A DNA stretch of 64,000 bases from a virus. The stretch lies in IMG/VR virus record IMGVR_UViG_3300006735_000001, positions 32,001-96,000 of that record, one strand, 5' to 3'. Shown one piece after another: positions 8,909-18,803 of the stretch. Position 1 is the stretch's first letter, and each line of letters starts with the position of its first letter. Under the pieces are notes generated by a model. That model worked only from the letters and a program-made list of their open reading frames with translations. It was not told the DNA's origin and made no database searches. Both the position numbers and the translations under genes were made by a program.

Positions 8909-10177
8909 ATGCAAGTAAATTTAAACGTAACAGAGTTAAAAGGTTTTGTTAACCACATAATTAAGAATAATAGATTCCTTCAAGATAATGGAAAAGGTCC
9001 TGTATCAGTAGAAGTTGTAGGAGAATCAGGTATTGGTAAAACATCCACTATAGTAGAGCTAGCTACAGAAAACAAACTAAAATTTGTAAAACTAAACTTA
9101 GCTCAGATAGAAGAACTTGGTGATTTAGTTGGTTTTCCAGTACGTCAATTCCAGATGTATAAAGAAAAACAAGTAACAATACCAGGTAACAAAGATGTAT
9201 CTATGGTAACTGCAACACAAAGAGCTGCAGGTGCCAGTTTAGCTAATCTAAACACTAAAGTAACTAAGAAAGTTGGTATGTGGGTAGATGAACTTGCTGT
9301 ACAAGAGTATCTAAAGAATGGATACAAAATGACCGGTAAGAATAGAATGTCTTATTGTGCACCTGAATGGATTTCTGACGCTAAAGAAGGTGGTATCTTA
9401 TTATTAGATGACTGGAACCGTGCTGATACAAGATTTATTCAAGCAGTGATGGAATTAATAGATAGACAAACTTATATTTCATGGACATTACCAAAAGACT
9501 GGCACATAATTTTGACAGCAAACCCGGATAATGGAGATTATATGGTTAACAGTGTAGATAGTGCACAGAAGACCAGATATGTAACCGCTAATCTTAAGTT
9601 TGATGTTAATGTATGGGCACAATGGGCTGAGGGTGCAGGAATTGATACTAGATGTATTAACTTCCTGCTGCTCCATCCAGAGTTAGTAACACAAGAAACT
9701 AATGCAAGATCAATTACTACATTCTTTAATTCAATTTCAAGCTTTGAAAAGTTTGAGGATAATCTTAGTATGATTCAAATGATTGGTGAAGGTAGTGTTG
9801 GTGATGCTTTTGCTTCTATGTTTACAACCTTTATTAATAACAAGCTTGATAAGCTAGTATCACCTAAAGAATTATTGACTCATGATAATGAGCAATATAT
9901 TCTTGGTCAGCTTAAATCTTGTGTTGGTGAAGATGATACATACCGTGCAGATATAGCATCTACACTAGCTACCAGACTTGGTAACTATGCAGTAGTATAT
10001 TCTAAGGATAATACTATTACACAAAAAATTACTGATAGATTAAAAGCACTTTGTACTCTAGATTATTTTACAAATGATCTTAAGTATTTAATTGTGCGTA
10101 CAATCTTTAATGGTAATAAAAGTAAATTTAATAAACTAATGATGATCCCTGAGATTATCAAAATGACAATGAAGTAA
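8909..10177 (+). CDS. MoxR-like AAA+ ATPase
   Basis: GESGIGKT, LLLDDWNRA, ILTANP, DSAQKTR; adjacent to the vWA gene. Confidence 0.88.
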   Translation: MQVNLNVTELKGFVNHIIKNNRFLQDNGKGPVSVEVVGESGIGKTSTIVELATENKLKFVKLNLAQIEELGDLVGFPVRQFQMYKEKQVTIPGNKDVSMVTATQRAAGASLANLNTKVTKKVGMWVDELAVQEYLKNGYKMTGKNRMSYCAPEWISDAKEGGILLLDDWNRADTRFIQAVMELIDRQTYISWTLPKDWHIILTANPDNGDYMVNSVDSAQKTRYVTANLKFDVNVWAQWAEGAGIDTRCINFLLLHPELVTQETNARSITTFFNSISSFEKFEDNLSMIQMIGEGSVGDAFASMFTTFINNKLDKLVSPKELLTHDNEQYILGQLKSCVGEDDTYRADIASTLATRLGNYAVVYSKDNTITQKITDRLKALCTLDYFTNDLKYLIVRTIFNGNKSKFNKLMMIPEIIKMTMK

Positions 10178-10178
10178 A

Positions 10179-11228
10179 ATGGCAAGTAAATCAGTATTTC
10201 AGAAATATAATACTGATGCATTAGATCATTATGATTTGGCTAATGACCCTAAATACGGGGTCATAGCCGGATCTAATATTGAAGATGTATTAGTAACAGA
10301 AGATGAACTCACATATGAGACTATAAAAGGATTACTTTCTAATCCAACTGAGACAGATCAAACATTTGTAAATAAGAAGAAAGCTTTTATCTTACCGGGT
10401 TGTCCAGTAAGTAATGAAAGATTAAAACCTGCTTTAAAAGAGCATGGTATTACTGTAACAAATGATTATACATTAGCTGACTTGATAATAGGTCATGATG
10501 ATTTTCATGATAGGTTTGAAAATGGTGAGACAATAAAAACTACTATGCTTCTATATAAACTTTGGAATTATGAAACAACCAGTGGAGCCAATGTAGGCGG
10601 TGGAAGTATTGATAAACTAATAAAAGGTCACACAAATCATGTATTGGTTACGCCTAAAGTTACTAATCAAATTAGGTATTATGATCTTGATATAGAAGAT
10701 TCAGTTTATGATTCTTGGGTCATAACAGGATTAGCATTAAACATTGCTTGGGATATAGAACAAGGTAGTAAAAGTGTTGTTGATGTAGATACAGTTTTAC
10801 ATACTTCGGCATCTAAGCAAGATTTAACTCCTGAGTTATCTGATCAGATTATAGCTATGTGGAATGCGGGTGGAGATGATAGAGCAGTAGCTCAAGCATT
10901 GCTTCCTACACTAAAGTATGATGATAACTATCATTTGCTTTGGAATCTAACACAAAGACTAGGAACCGTACATTATAGTCACCATAATAAAGATCTCAAC
11001 TACTGGTTAAAACAATGTAACTGGGAAGGATTTTATAATCGTGATGCACAAAATATGGTGTTATGGTTAGAAGAAGAAGGGAAACTAAATTCTAAAAACT
11101 TTAGATATTTAGAGCCTATAGTACGTAGAGAGATAACCATACATAACAGAGATCTATACGTATTTCAAGTAGCAGTTAAAAAACAATATCGTAAATATTT
11201 AAAAAATGAAAAAGAGATATCTAATTGA
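10179..11228 (+). CDS. hypothetical protein with BRCT-like segment
   Basis: KKAFILPG...NERLK..LKEHGITVTNDYTLADLIIG. Confidence 0.55.
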   Translation: MASKSVFQKYNTDALDHYDLANDPKYGVIAGSNIEDVLVTEDELTYETIKGLLSNPTETDQTFVNKKKAFILPGCPVSNERLKPALKEHGITVTNDYTLADLIIGHDDFHDRFENGETIKTTMLLYKLWNYETTSGANVGGGSIDKLIKGHTNHVLVTPKVTNQIRYYDLDIEDSVYDSWVITGLALNIAWDIEQGSKSVVDVDTVLHTSASKQDLTPELSDQIIAMWNAGGDDRAVAQALLPTLKYDDNYHLLWNLTQRLGTVHYSHHNKDLNYWLKQCNWEGFYNRDAQNMVLWLEEEGKLNSKNFRYLEPIVRREITIHNRDLYVFQVAVKKQYRKYLKNEKEISN

Positions 11229-12363
11229 TGTAAAATACAGAGATGAAGACCTTCAAGATGGAGGATTATATAAAATTAAAGAAAGTGCCATTAGAATAGC
11301 AGAAAGTGGTATTTTCTTAGGTCATACTAGTAACTGGCAAGTTAATAAGAATGATTTAAAAACTCTTAACATTCATACTAAACCGCAGGATATAGATCTT
11401 ACTAATAAAAAAGTATATAGGTATCCTCATCTTACATTACCTAGACAAAAGGTAGATTTATTAAAAGAAAGGTTTGGTATGAAAATTATAAGAAATCCTG
11501 ATAAAGCAGATTATCATGTAATATCTAGTAAATTTATTGGTAAATTGATAAACTTAGATTGGAGTAATCATTTTACTTTTTCTGATATTTTTAATTTTTT
11601 CAAGGAACTAAAAGAGCTAGATACATTATCTCCATCAGGATTAGAGAAAGCAAGAGACTTTGTTAATCATGGTGATAGAGATGGAATATACTCTTTTATG
11701 AGTTCTTATTATTATGGTAGTGATAAAAAAGCTGATGCAGTAAGAAAAAATATAGAAAAAGCTAAAGTTAATTTATCAAAATCATCATTTGCTAATACAG
11801 CTACTAGAGCTTTTACTATAAATGAGAATGAAAAAATAGACACATATACTAATCTTGTAAATAATGCAGATAAAATTATTTATGATCTAGATCTTTTAGA
11901 TATTATTGATGAAGATCTTGCTGTGATAGATAATTCTGAATATGATAGGATAAAGCAAATGATATGTAGTTCTGATAGAGAAAATAGAACTCTTGCAATT
12001 GAGATGCTTGCTAATTGTAATATCAATAAGTCTTTTGATGTAGTATCAGGATTATATTATTGGCATTATGATTGGTTTAAAGATACAGCTAACTGGAATT
12101 CAGTTAATGTAAAATCTTTAAGAGAACAATTGAAGGCATATGAAGGATCAAAGCAAATATCTGCTTCATATCCATATAATCAGTTTCTAAATCTTTTGGC
12201 CAGTGATGGAAAATTAACTAAATTTGCAGTAGATAGGACTAGAAATAACTTAGTAAAGAATGTATTGAAAAACTATGTAAATGGTGATGGTAATGCATTC
12301 TCAGTAGCCACAGATAAAGTTATTTTAAATCCCAAATTAACAGAACAAATAATTGATGAATAG
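11206..12363 (+). CDS. hypothetical protein with BRCT-like segment, likely paralogue of the upstream gene
   Basis: NKKVYRYP.LTLPRQKV..LKERFGMKIIRNPDKADYHVIS. Confidence 0.55.
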   Translation: MKKRYLIDVKYRDEDLQDGGLYKIKESAIRIAESGIFLGHTSNWQVNKNDLKTLNIHTKPQDIDLTNKKVYRYPHLTLPRQKVDLLKERFGMKIIRNPDKADYHVISSKFIGKLINLDWSNHFTFSDIFNFFKELKELDTLSPSGLEKARDFVNHGDRDGIYSFMSSYYYGSDKKADAVRKNIEKAKVNLSKSSFANTATRAFTINENEKIDTYTNLVNNADKIIYDLDLLDIIDEDLAVIDNSEYDRIKQMICSSDRENRTLAIEMLANCNINKSFDVVSGLYYWHYDWFKDTANWNSVNVKSLREQLKAYEGSKQISASYPYNQFLNLLASDGKLTKFAVDRTRNNLVKNVLKNYVNGDGNAFSVATDKVILNPKLTEQIIDE

Positions 12364-13342
12364 AAACTTAGAAAAAGAAGAAGAGTTTTATGCTAAGCCT
12401 TTTAGGTTTAGCTACTCTTCTCTTAATAAACTTTTATTTTCACCTTCCTTATTTTATAAGGACTATATATTACAAGAACGTGAGGTAAGAACTGATAAAC
12501 ATTTAGTAGAAGGTAAGCTTGTACATTGTTTAGTGTTTGAACCTGAGAACTTAAATAAAAAGTTTAACATAGTACCTGGTAAAGCGCCATCAGATAGTGT
12601 TAGAAAGGTATTAAAAGACATGTCACTGCATACAGATGTTGAAAAGCTATCAGAAGTAGATGATTTTATTATATTAGATTCACTAAAAGAAATGAATCTT
12701 TATCAGTCATTAAAAGCAGATGAGGCTCGTATTGCTAAAATCAGAACTCTTGATAATGAACCTTATTGGAAATTTTTATCTAATGATGCTGTTGATGTTA
12801 TTAATCAAGATACTTTGTTAGATTGCAAGGCAAAGTCTGAGGTTATAATTGCTAATGAAAAAGTCATGAATTTATTTAAAGATGAACAAACTGATTTTGA
12901 CTTAGACCCAATAAGTATATATGCAGAAAAGTATTTGTCTTCTGAACTTAAAAACGTTGACTTTGGATTACACGGTTATGTAGATTATTTAAAGATAGAT
13001 ACAGATAAAAAGATTGCAACAATATGTGATCTTAAAACAACTGGTAAAACAATTTCAGATTTTAAAGAAACTGTTGATTTCTATAATTATTGGTTACAGG
13101 CAGCTATTTATATGAAATTAGTTTATGATTTTATAGAAAAAGATGCAGATCAATATAAACTAGAATTTAAGTTTATTGTTATAGATAAGTATAATCAGGT
13201 ATATGTATTTGATGTTAGTGATGAAACCATAAATGCATGGACAAATGGTCTTGAAGGTGTTATAAACACTGCAAAATTCCATTATTCAGAGAAAAACTAC
13301 AGTTTACCATATGATTTCTTAGTTAATAACATTAAATTATAG
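12353..13342 (+). CDS. PD-(D/E)xK exonuclease (RecE/ExoVIII- or Cas4-like)
   Basis: FSYSSL, G.LVH, E...HGYVD...CDLKTT, YWLQAAIY. Confidence 0.88.
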   Translation: MMNRNLEKEEEFYAKPFRFSYSSLNKLLFSPSLFYKDYILQEREVRTDKHLVEGKLVHCLVFEPENLNKKFNIVPGKAPSDSVRKVLKDMSLHTDVEKLSEVDDFIILDSLKEMNLYQSLKADEARIAKIRTLDNEPYWKFLSNDAVDVINQDTLLDCKAKSEVIIANEKVMNLFKDEQTDFDLDPISIYAEKYLSSELKNVDFGLHGYVDYLKIDTDKKIATICDLKTTGKTISDFKETVDFYNYWLQAAIYMKLVYDFIEKDADQYKLEFKFIVIDKYNQVYVFDVSDETINAWTNGLEGVINTAKFHYSEKNYSLPYDFLVNNIKL

Positions 13343-13343
13343 T

Positions 13344-13922
13344 ATGAGTGAAGTGTATACAGATTATTTTCAAAAGAGTAAAATCTTTCTATATCCATTA
13401 CTAAAGATAAAGAAAGGATTAAATTTTGTTCCTAAGCAGACATATGTTTGCTGGGAACATGTTTACTCTGTTAATGATTTTAAGTTTTTATGTCAGTATA
13501 ATTATAAAAATAAGGAGAAATTCCAAAAATTTATAATGAAAACATTTAAAGATCATCCACTGTTTGATGATATTATAAAACTAAGTGACACATCAGCTTT
13601 AGTCATATTTGATTTTACAACATTAAAAAATGATTATAAAAGATTTATTGATGGGCAATATTCTAAGTTGTCTCTAGATACTAAAATCACTATAATAGAT
13701 TTTTTTGGACAGAATACTACTATACATGAATGTATACAAGGGTTTTTATCTCCAGAAGAAGTGCACGAACTATATGCAAAAAATTTACAAGTAGATATAA
13801 AATTGATAAAAGAAATATATGAAGTTTGTAGTAAGCCAAATCTAAAAAAAGAAACAATAGTAGATAATAATTATATTATTTACCAATTATTACAAAAAGA
13901 ATCAATATCTTTGATTAAATAA
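13344..13922 (+). CDS. hypothetical protein
   Basis: 192-aa ORF in the operon. Confidence 0.75.
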   Translation: MSEVYTDYFQKSKIFLYPLLKIKKGLNFVPKQTYVCWEHVYSVNDFKFLCQYNYKNKEKFQKFIMKTFKDHPLFDDIIKLSDTSALVIFDFTTLKNDYKRFIDGQYSKLSLDTKITIIDFFGQNTTIHECIQGFLSPEEVHELYAKNLQVDIKLIKEIYEVCSKPNLKKETIVDNNYIIYQLLQKESISLIK

Positions 13923-13935
13923 ATCAATTAATTTT

Positions 13936-14352
13936 ATGGCACAAATAGGACAAAACATGATGTTAGTACATTCTACATTTAGAAATGCTAAATCATTTAC
14001 ATTAATTCCAGTGAGTAATGACTCACCATACACAGAAGCTATGTTTGACCCTGCGTCAGGCATTTTAGCAGTCATCAGTAAAGTGATGAAACAATCTTAT
14101 CATATGGTTCCAAAGTTAGATGACAATGGAGAACCACAAAGATTAAAACATCCAAACCCACAAACAGGTAAAACTGTTAAAGAAGAGAGAAGGCTAGTGG
14201 ATACATTCTCTGAATTCTATTTAAATAATAAAAATGATATAGATGTATTTATTCATATGTTTGCGGTAAATGCTGAAACATTTGATTATAAATCATATAT
14301 GGTAGATGTTAATGAAACAAAACAATCTCCAATCATAATGTCAACTAAATAA
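13936..14352 (+). CDS. hypothetical protein
   Basis: 138-aa ORF; TATCTTTG (-7-like) about 30 bp upstream; terminator downstream. Confidence 0.75.
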   Translation: MAQIGQNMMLVHSTFRNAKSFTLIPVSNDSPYTEAMFDPASGILAVISKVMKQSYHMVPKLDDNGEPQRLKHPNPQTGKTVKEERRLVDTFSEFYLNNKNDIDVFIHMFAVNAETFDYKSYMVDVNETKQSPIIMSTK

Positions 14353-14395
14353 GGACTCAGTCCTATCCACTAATCTTAAGTCTATTATTTACTGA

Positions 14396-14431
14396 CACAA
14401 AGGAGACATACTATGTATGTCTTTTTTTGTG
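14396..14431 (+). terminator. intrinsic terminator
   Basis: AGACATAC-TAT-GTATGTCT stem followed by a T-run; extendable with G-U pairs. Confidence 0.7.
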
Positions 14432-14452
14432 CAAAACTTTAATGATTACTAT

Positions 14453-16450
14453 ATGAAGAAACATTGGGTAATGGATTATGAAACCTTAGCTAATTGTTTT
14501 GTTGCTGTATTTGAAGATTATAAATCTCTTGAAACAAAAATATTTGTTGTACACGATCTACAAAATGATTTTGGTAAATTCATACTCTTTCTAAAAGATA
14601 ACATAAGAAAAAAAGAATGGCATATATCCTATAATGGATTAGCATTTGATGCGCAGGTCACTCACTATATATTAGAAAATCATACAAAATGGGATGCAGA
14701 CTTAAAAGGTTCTGAGATAGCTTGTGCTATATATAACTACGCACAAATTTGTATACAAAAGTCAAATAATAAAGAATGGGGTGATTACCCACAATGGAAA
14801 ATGGAAATAGGTCAGATAGATTTATTTAAATTACATCATTGGGATAATCCTGCTAAACGTTCAAGTCTTAAATGGATACAATATAGCATGGATTGGGAAA
14901 ACATTCTTGATATGCCTATTCATCATGAGACAGAAATTACTACTAAAGAAGAGTTAGATACTATTATTGGTTATTGTATAAATGATGTAAGATCCACAAA
15001 GGAAATATTTAAAAGATCTATATCACAAATTAAATTAAGGAAAGAACTAACCTCTACATATGGAATTAATCTTTTTAGTGCTTCAGAACCTAGAATAAGT
15101 AAAGAAATATTTGGTTACTATCTATCACGTAATCTTAATATACCAAAAAGAGATCTCAAGAAGATGAGAACTTATAGAGATGTATTAAAGATTAAAGATA
15201 TATTATTATCATACATTTCTTTTACATCACCAGAGTTTAAAGTATTACATGAAAGATTTAAGTCTCTTGATATAGATGCTAGCAAATTAAAAGGTAGCTT
15301 TAAGTATAGAGTTAATTATAAAGGTGTAAATACAGACTTTGGTTTAGGTGGTGTACACGGTGCTAGAAAGAAAGGAGTCTATGAATCTAATGATGATGTT
15401 GTTATAATATCTTCTGATGTTACCAGTTTCTATCCTAATCTAGCTATAAAGAATCAATGGTCTCCTGGACACTTCCCTAAAGAAGAGTTTTGTGATCAGT
15501 ATGAGTGGTTCTTTGAAGAGCGTAAGAAGATACCTAAGAGTAATCCAATGAACTATGTATATAAGATTATACTTAATTCAACTTTTGGTCTTAGTAATGA
15601 TGATAAAAGTTTCTTTTATGATCCAGAGCTTTGTGCTAGAATAACTATCAATGGACAGTTAACACTGATGATGTTATATGAACAGATAATGGAAAGAATT
15701 CCTGATGCAATTGCTTTAATACATAATACAGATGGTATAGAAACTATAATTCCTAGGAAAGATATGGATCTTTATATGGAAATATGTAAAGAATGGGAAG
15801 ATACAACCAATCTTAATCTTGAGCATGATGAATATCAGAAGCTTGTATTAGCTGATGTCAATAATTATATTGGTGTGAATAATTATATAGATGTTGACAT
15901 TACTAAGTGGAGAGAAGTTAAACAGAGTCAGCCTCATTATCTATTTAAGGTAGAGAATGACAAGTTTAGCTTTGCTCCTGTCAAGTTAAAAGGTCGTTTT
16001 GATTTCCATAATTTACAATTACACAAAAATAAATCAAAGCTTGTAATTCCTAAAGCTATATATCAATACTTTGTAAATAATGTTTTACCTGAAGAGTATT
16101 TAACTCAGAATAAAAATATTCTTGATTATTGTATTGGTGGAAAATCTAAAGGAGATTGGCAACAACAAGCTAGATTTATTAAAGATGGTGTATATACAGA
16201 AGAATCTTTACAAAAAATAAATAGATATTTTATATCTAACACGGGTGTAAAGATTGTCAAAGTTAATAAGAATGATAGACGTGAGATACAACTTGAATCT
16301 GGTAAATGGCAACAAACTATTTTTAATAAGATGGAAGTAAGACCTAAATGGGATAACTATGACCTTAATAAAGGTTATTATTTAGCTGCTATTGAAAAAG
16401 AGATCAATGATATCATATCTATTAGTACAAATCAACTTAAATTATTTTGA
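14453..16450 (+). CDS. polB: family B DNA polymerase with 3'-5' exonuclease
   Basis: ExoI DYET, ExoII YNGLAFD, ExoIII YCIND, DVTSFYP, KIILNSTFG, NTDG; start moved to 14453 because ATG 14417 lies inside the terminator hairpin. Confidence 0.93.
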   Translation: MKKHWVMDYETLANCFVAVFEDYKSLETKIFVVHDLQNDFGKFILFLKDNIRKKEWHISYNGLAFDAQVTHYILENHTKWDADLKGSEIACAIYNYAQICIQKSNNKEWGDYPQWKMEIGQIDLFKLHHWDNPAKRSSLKWIQYSMDWENILDMPIHHETEITTKEELDTIIGYCINDVRSTKEIFKRSISQIKLRKELTSTYGINLFSASEPRISKEIFGYYLSRNLNIPKRDLKKMRTYRDVLKIKDILLSYISFTSPEFKVLHERFKSLDIDASKLKGSFKYRVNYKGVNTDFGLGGVHGARKKGVYESNDDVVIISSDVTSFYPNLAIKNQWSPGHFPKEEFCDQYEWFFEERKKIPKSNPMNYVYKIILNSTFGLSNDDKSFFYDPELCARITINGQLTLMMLYEQIMERIPDAIALIHNTDGIETIIPRKDMDLYMEICKEWEDTTNLNLEHDEYQKLVLADVNNYIGVNNYIDVDITKWREVKQSQPHYLFKVENDKFSFAPVKLKGRFDFHNLQLHKNKSKLVIPKAIYQYFVNNVLPEEYLTQNKNILDYCIGGKSKGDWQQQARFIKDGVYTEESLQKINRYFISNTGVKIVKVNKNDRREIQLESGKWQQTIFNKMEVRPKWDNYDLNKGYYLAAIEKEINDIISISTNQLKLF

Positions 16451-17280
16451 TTAAAGTCCAGAAGACTAAGACTCTAATTACTAAACCTAATAACAATAGT
16501 GCAAACTGCATAGCTCCCAATATTATCTACGGATGTTTTGGAGGCTGTGTAGACACTTATTGTTATATGTCTAGATATAATGGTAAAAGAGTTTTCGTCA
16601 ATAAAAACGTAGATGAAATTTTTGAGTCTGTTGTTGAATGGGAAAAATTCTTTAATAAAGAACCAGATCAGCAAGACCCTATATATACTATGGTAGATGT
16701 TGCATGTAACTCAGATTTAGTTCTAATGCAAAAGCATATGCCAGAGCCTTTAATTGATTACCTTAAGCGTTATGATAATCATCCTCAGTTAAATAGTACT
16801 ATGGCTACTAAGTATCCGGGGTTATTAAAGTTAGATGTAAATCACTTTAATAAACCACCACGGGTCCGTGTTAGTCTTATGCCTCAGAAGTATTCTAATA
16901 TATTAGAACCCAAGATGCAGCAAATTACAAAGCGCATTATGGATGTTGAACGTTTAAAAGACTTAGGATGGCAAGTTCATCTTAATTATAGTCCTTTAGT
17001 TTTTTATCCCGGATGGAAAGAAGAATATGATAGTTTATTTAAAGAGGTTAAAATTAATGCAGGTATAAATAAATGTGAGGTAATCGCATTAACTAATCAT
17101 AAAAAGCAAATGGCTAAAGCTTCATCAGAAGCCCAAGAATTGATGAGACGTTCTTATGAAGTTAAGAATCAGTCAGGAGTAATGAGATATCCTTTAGAGC
17201 ATAAAGGTAGATTACTTAAAGAATTCAAGAAAATATATAGTAGATATTTTCCATTAAATACAATAAGATATATATTTTAG
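16447..17280 (+). CDS. spore photoproduct lyase-like radical SAM protein
   Basis: GCFGGCVDTYCYM cluster motif; DVACNSD resembles SplB EAxCTSD; ATK and RVRVSL; TTG start overlapping the polB stop. Confidence 0.75.
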   Translation: MIKVQKTKTLITKPNNNSANCIAPNIIYGCFGGCVDTYCYMSRYNGKRVFVNKNVDEIFESVVEWEKFFNKEPDQQDPIYTMVDVACNSDLVLMQKHMPEPLIDYLKRYDNHPQLNSTMATKYPGLLKLDVNHFNKPPRVRVSLMPQKYSNILEPKMQQITKRIMDVERLKDLGWQVHLNYSPLVFYPGWKEEYDSLFKEVKINAGINKCEVIALTNHKKQMAKASSEAQELMRRSYEVKNQSGVMRYPLEHKGRLLKEFKKIYSRYFPLNTIRYIF

Positions 17281-17312
17281 TTTGCTGAGTCAAATTAATT
17301 TATTATATTTAC
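17281..17312 (+). promoter_or_regulatory. Bacteroidota sigma70-type promoter
   Basis: TTTG-N19-TATATTTA, close to the TTTG/TAnnTTTG consensus. Confidence 0.6.
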
Positions 17313-17332
17313 ACTTTAAAAGTTTATAAATT

Positions 17333-18265
17333 ATGGGATACAAAAAACCAATTGAAACAACCAGAAAATATCTGGAAAATGCACCCTTACCTCAACATGG
17401 TAAGAGTTATACAGTTATATCACATAAAGAAGTGATAGACAATACTTTATTTCTACTACAACATAGTGGATTTACTGTCAGTAAACAGCTATATAGATGT
17501 AATCATAATGCAAATGTAGCACAGGGAATATATTATATAGTTCCTAATAGTGTTGACTCAACCATTAATAATGAAAAAGAATTGGGTATGATGTTTGCTT
17601 GGACAAACTCATATGACAAGTCAACTAGATTTCAATGTGCTGTTGGAGCATATGTAAAAGTATGTTACAATGGTATGGTTGCTGGAGATATGTTAAATTT
17701 TAAAAGAAAACATACAGGGGCAGCACATTTTGATGTTAAGATGCAAATATCTAATCAGATTAAAAATGCAGAAAAGTATTACAAAAGAATACTTAATGAT
17801 AGAGATCTGATGAAGAGTATTACACTTAACTGCAGACAACAAGCAGAGTTAGCAGGTAGATTATTTATTGAAGAAGAAATTTTAGATACACAACAAATGA
17901 CATGTGTTAAATCTGAGATAGATACTCCTACGTATTCATATGATGAGTCTTTAGATTCTGCCTGGACATTCTACAATCATGTTACTCATGCTCTTAAGAA
18001 AGCACACCCAAGAGATTGGTTGGCTGACCAACAGAACTTTCATGATTTTATGACCGCACTATGTAATAGTTTTAATACTACTAATAGTAAGTATGAAAAA
18101 TGGTTAACTGATAATCCAGATTATACAATATCAGATAAAGTAGAAGAAATATCTGAAACAGCACCAACTACTGAAGATGCTGAAGAAATAATAGTAAATG
18201 ATTATGAGATAGAATTGGCGGATGTAGATTACACTAATGAATCTGAGTTCCTGCTGAATGATTAA
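17333..18265 (+). CDS. DUF932/DUF945-like protein with acidic tail
   Basis: NSYDKS.......G..V.VCYNGM and AW..YN..T motifs. Confidence 0.7.
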   Translation: MGYKKPIETTRKYLENAPLPQHGKSYTVISHKEVIDNTLFLLQHSGFTVSKQLYRCNHNANVAQGIYYIVPNSVDSTINNEKELGMMFAWTNSYDKSTRFQCAVGAYVKVCYNGMVAGDMLNFKRKHTGAAHFDVKMQISNQIKNAEKYYKRILNDRDLMKSITLNCRQQAELAGRLFIEEEILDTQQMTCVKSEIDTPTYSYDESLDSAWTFYNHVTHALKKAHPRDWLADQQNFHDFMTALCNSFNTTNSKYEKWLTDNPDYTISDKVEEISETAPTTEDAEEIIVNDYEIELADVDYTNESEFLLND

Positions 18266-18338
18266 AACATTTATAATAGCATTTATAGTAGGATTTATTT
18301 GCTTTTATATGTGTTTAACTAATAAGTATAATAAATAA
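18258..18338 (+). CDS. 26-aa membrane peptide (not in ORF track)
   Basis: MIKTFIIAFIVGFICFYMCLTNKYNK; overlaps the upstream stop. Confidence 0.4.
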   Translation: MIKTFIIAFIVGFICFYMCLTNKYNK

Positions 18339-18341
18339 ACC

Positions 18342-18398
18342 GGAGAGAAAAACCAACAAGGGTCTAAGTTTTTGCATTCTTAGGCCCTCTCTCCTTTT
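18342..18398 (+). terminator. bulged long hairpin followed by T4 (terminator or structured RNA)
   Basis: GGAGAG/CTCTCC outer stem and AGGGTCTAAG/CTTAGGCCCT inner stem. Confidence 0.6.
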
Positions 18399-18413
18399 AA
18401 AAAAGAATCACTT

Positions 18414-18803
18414 ATGATAACAGTAATAGAATGGAGAAGAAGACAACAGTTTGAATCAAAAAAATTAGCATCAGAGTATTTTAAAATACCTATTTGGCTC
18501 ATAAATAAAAGTATTGCAAATAATGAAGAGGTATCTTATAGAGTAGATGAAGTAAATACTCCATCACAAGTTAGAAAATATAAGTTCTCTCAAGCATATT
18601 TCCAAGGTGGTGCTACCAAAGAACTACCTATCCAAACAACTATACCCTTTGGAAAGTATAAAGGTAAAGAACCTAAAGAAGTTCCTCTTGGGTATCTTTT
18701 ATGGATGTATAAAAAAACAGACTGCCCTATGGTTGTTTTAAGAGCACTAAGAGAAGTTAATAAATTAATGAACGGTAAATATGAAAAAGGTAAGAAAATG
18801 TAA
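18414..18803 (+). CDS. protein with NUMOD1-like N-terminus and DUF3820-like C-terminal domain
   Basis: FESKKLASEYF; IPFGKYKGK...EVPLGYLLWM. Confidence 0.6.
   Translation: MITVIEWRRRQQFESKKLASEYFKIPIWLINKSIANNEEVSYRVDEVNTPSQVRKYKFSQAYFQGGATKELPIQTTIPFGKYKGKEPKEVPLGYLLWMYKKTDCPMVVLRALREVNKLMNGKYEKGKKM

Noticed and set aside
14417-14452. Longer PolB start given in the ORF track
   Set aside because: The ATG lies within the terminator stem; ExoI motif position favours 14453
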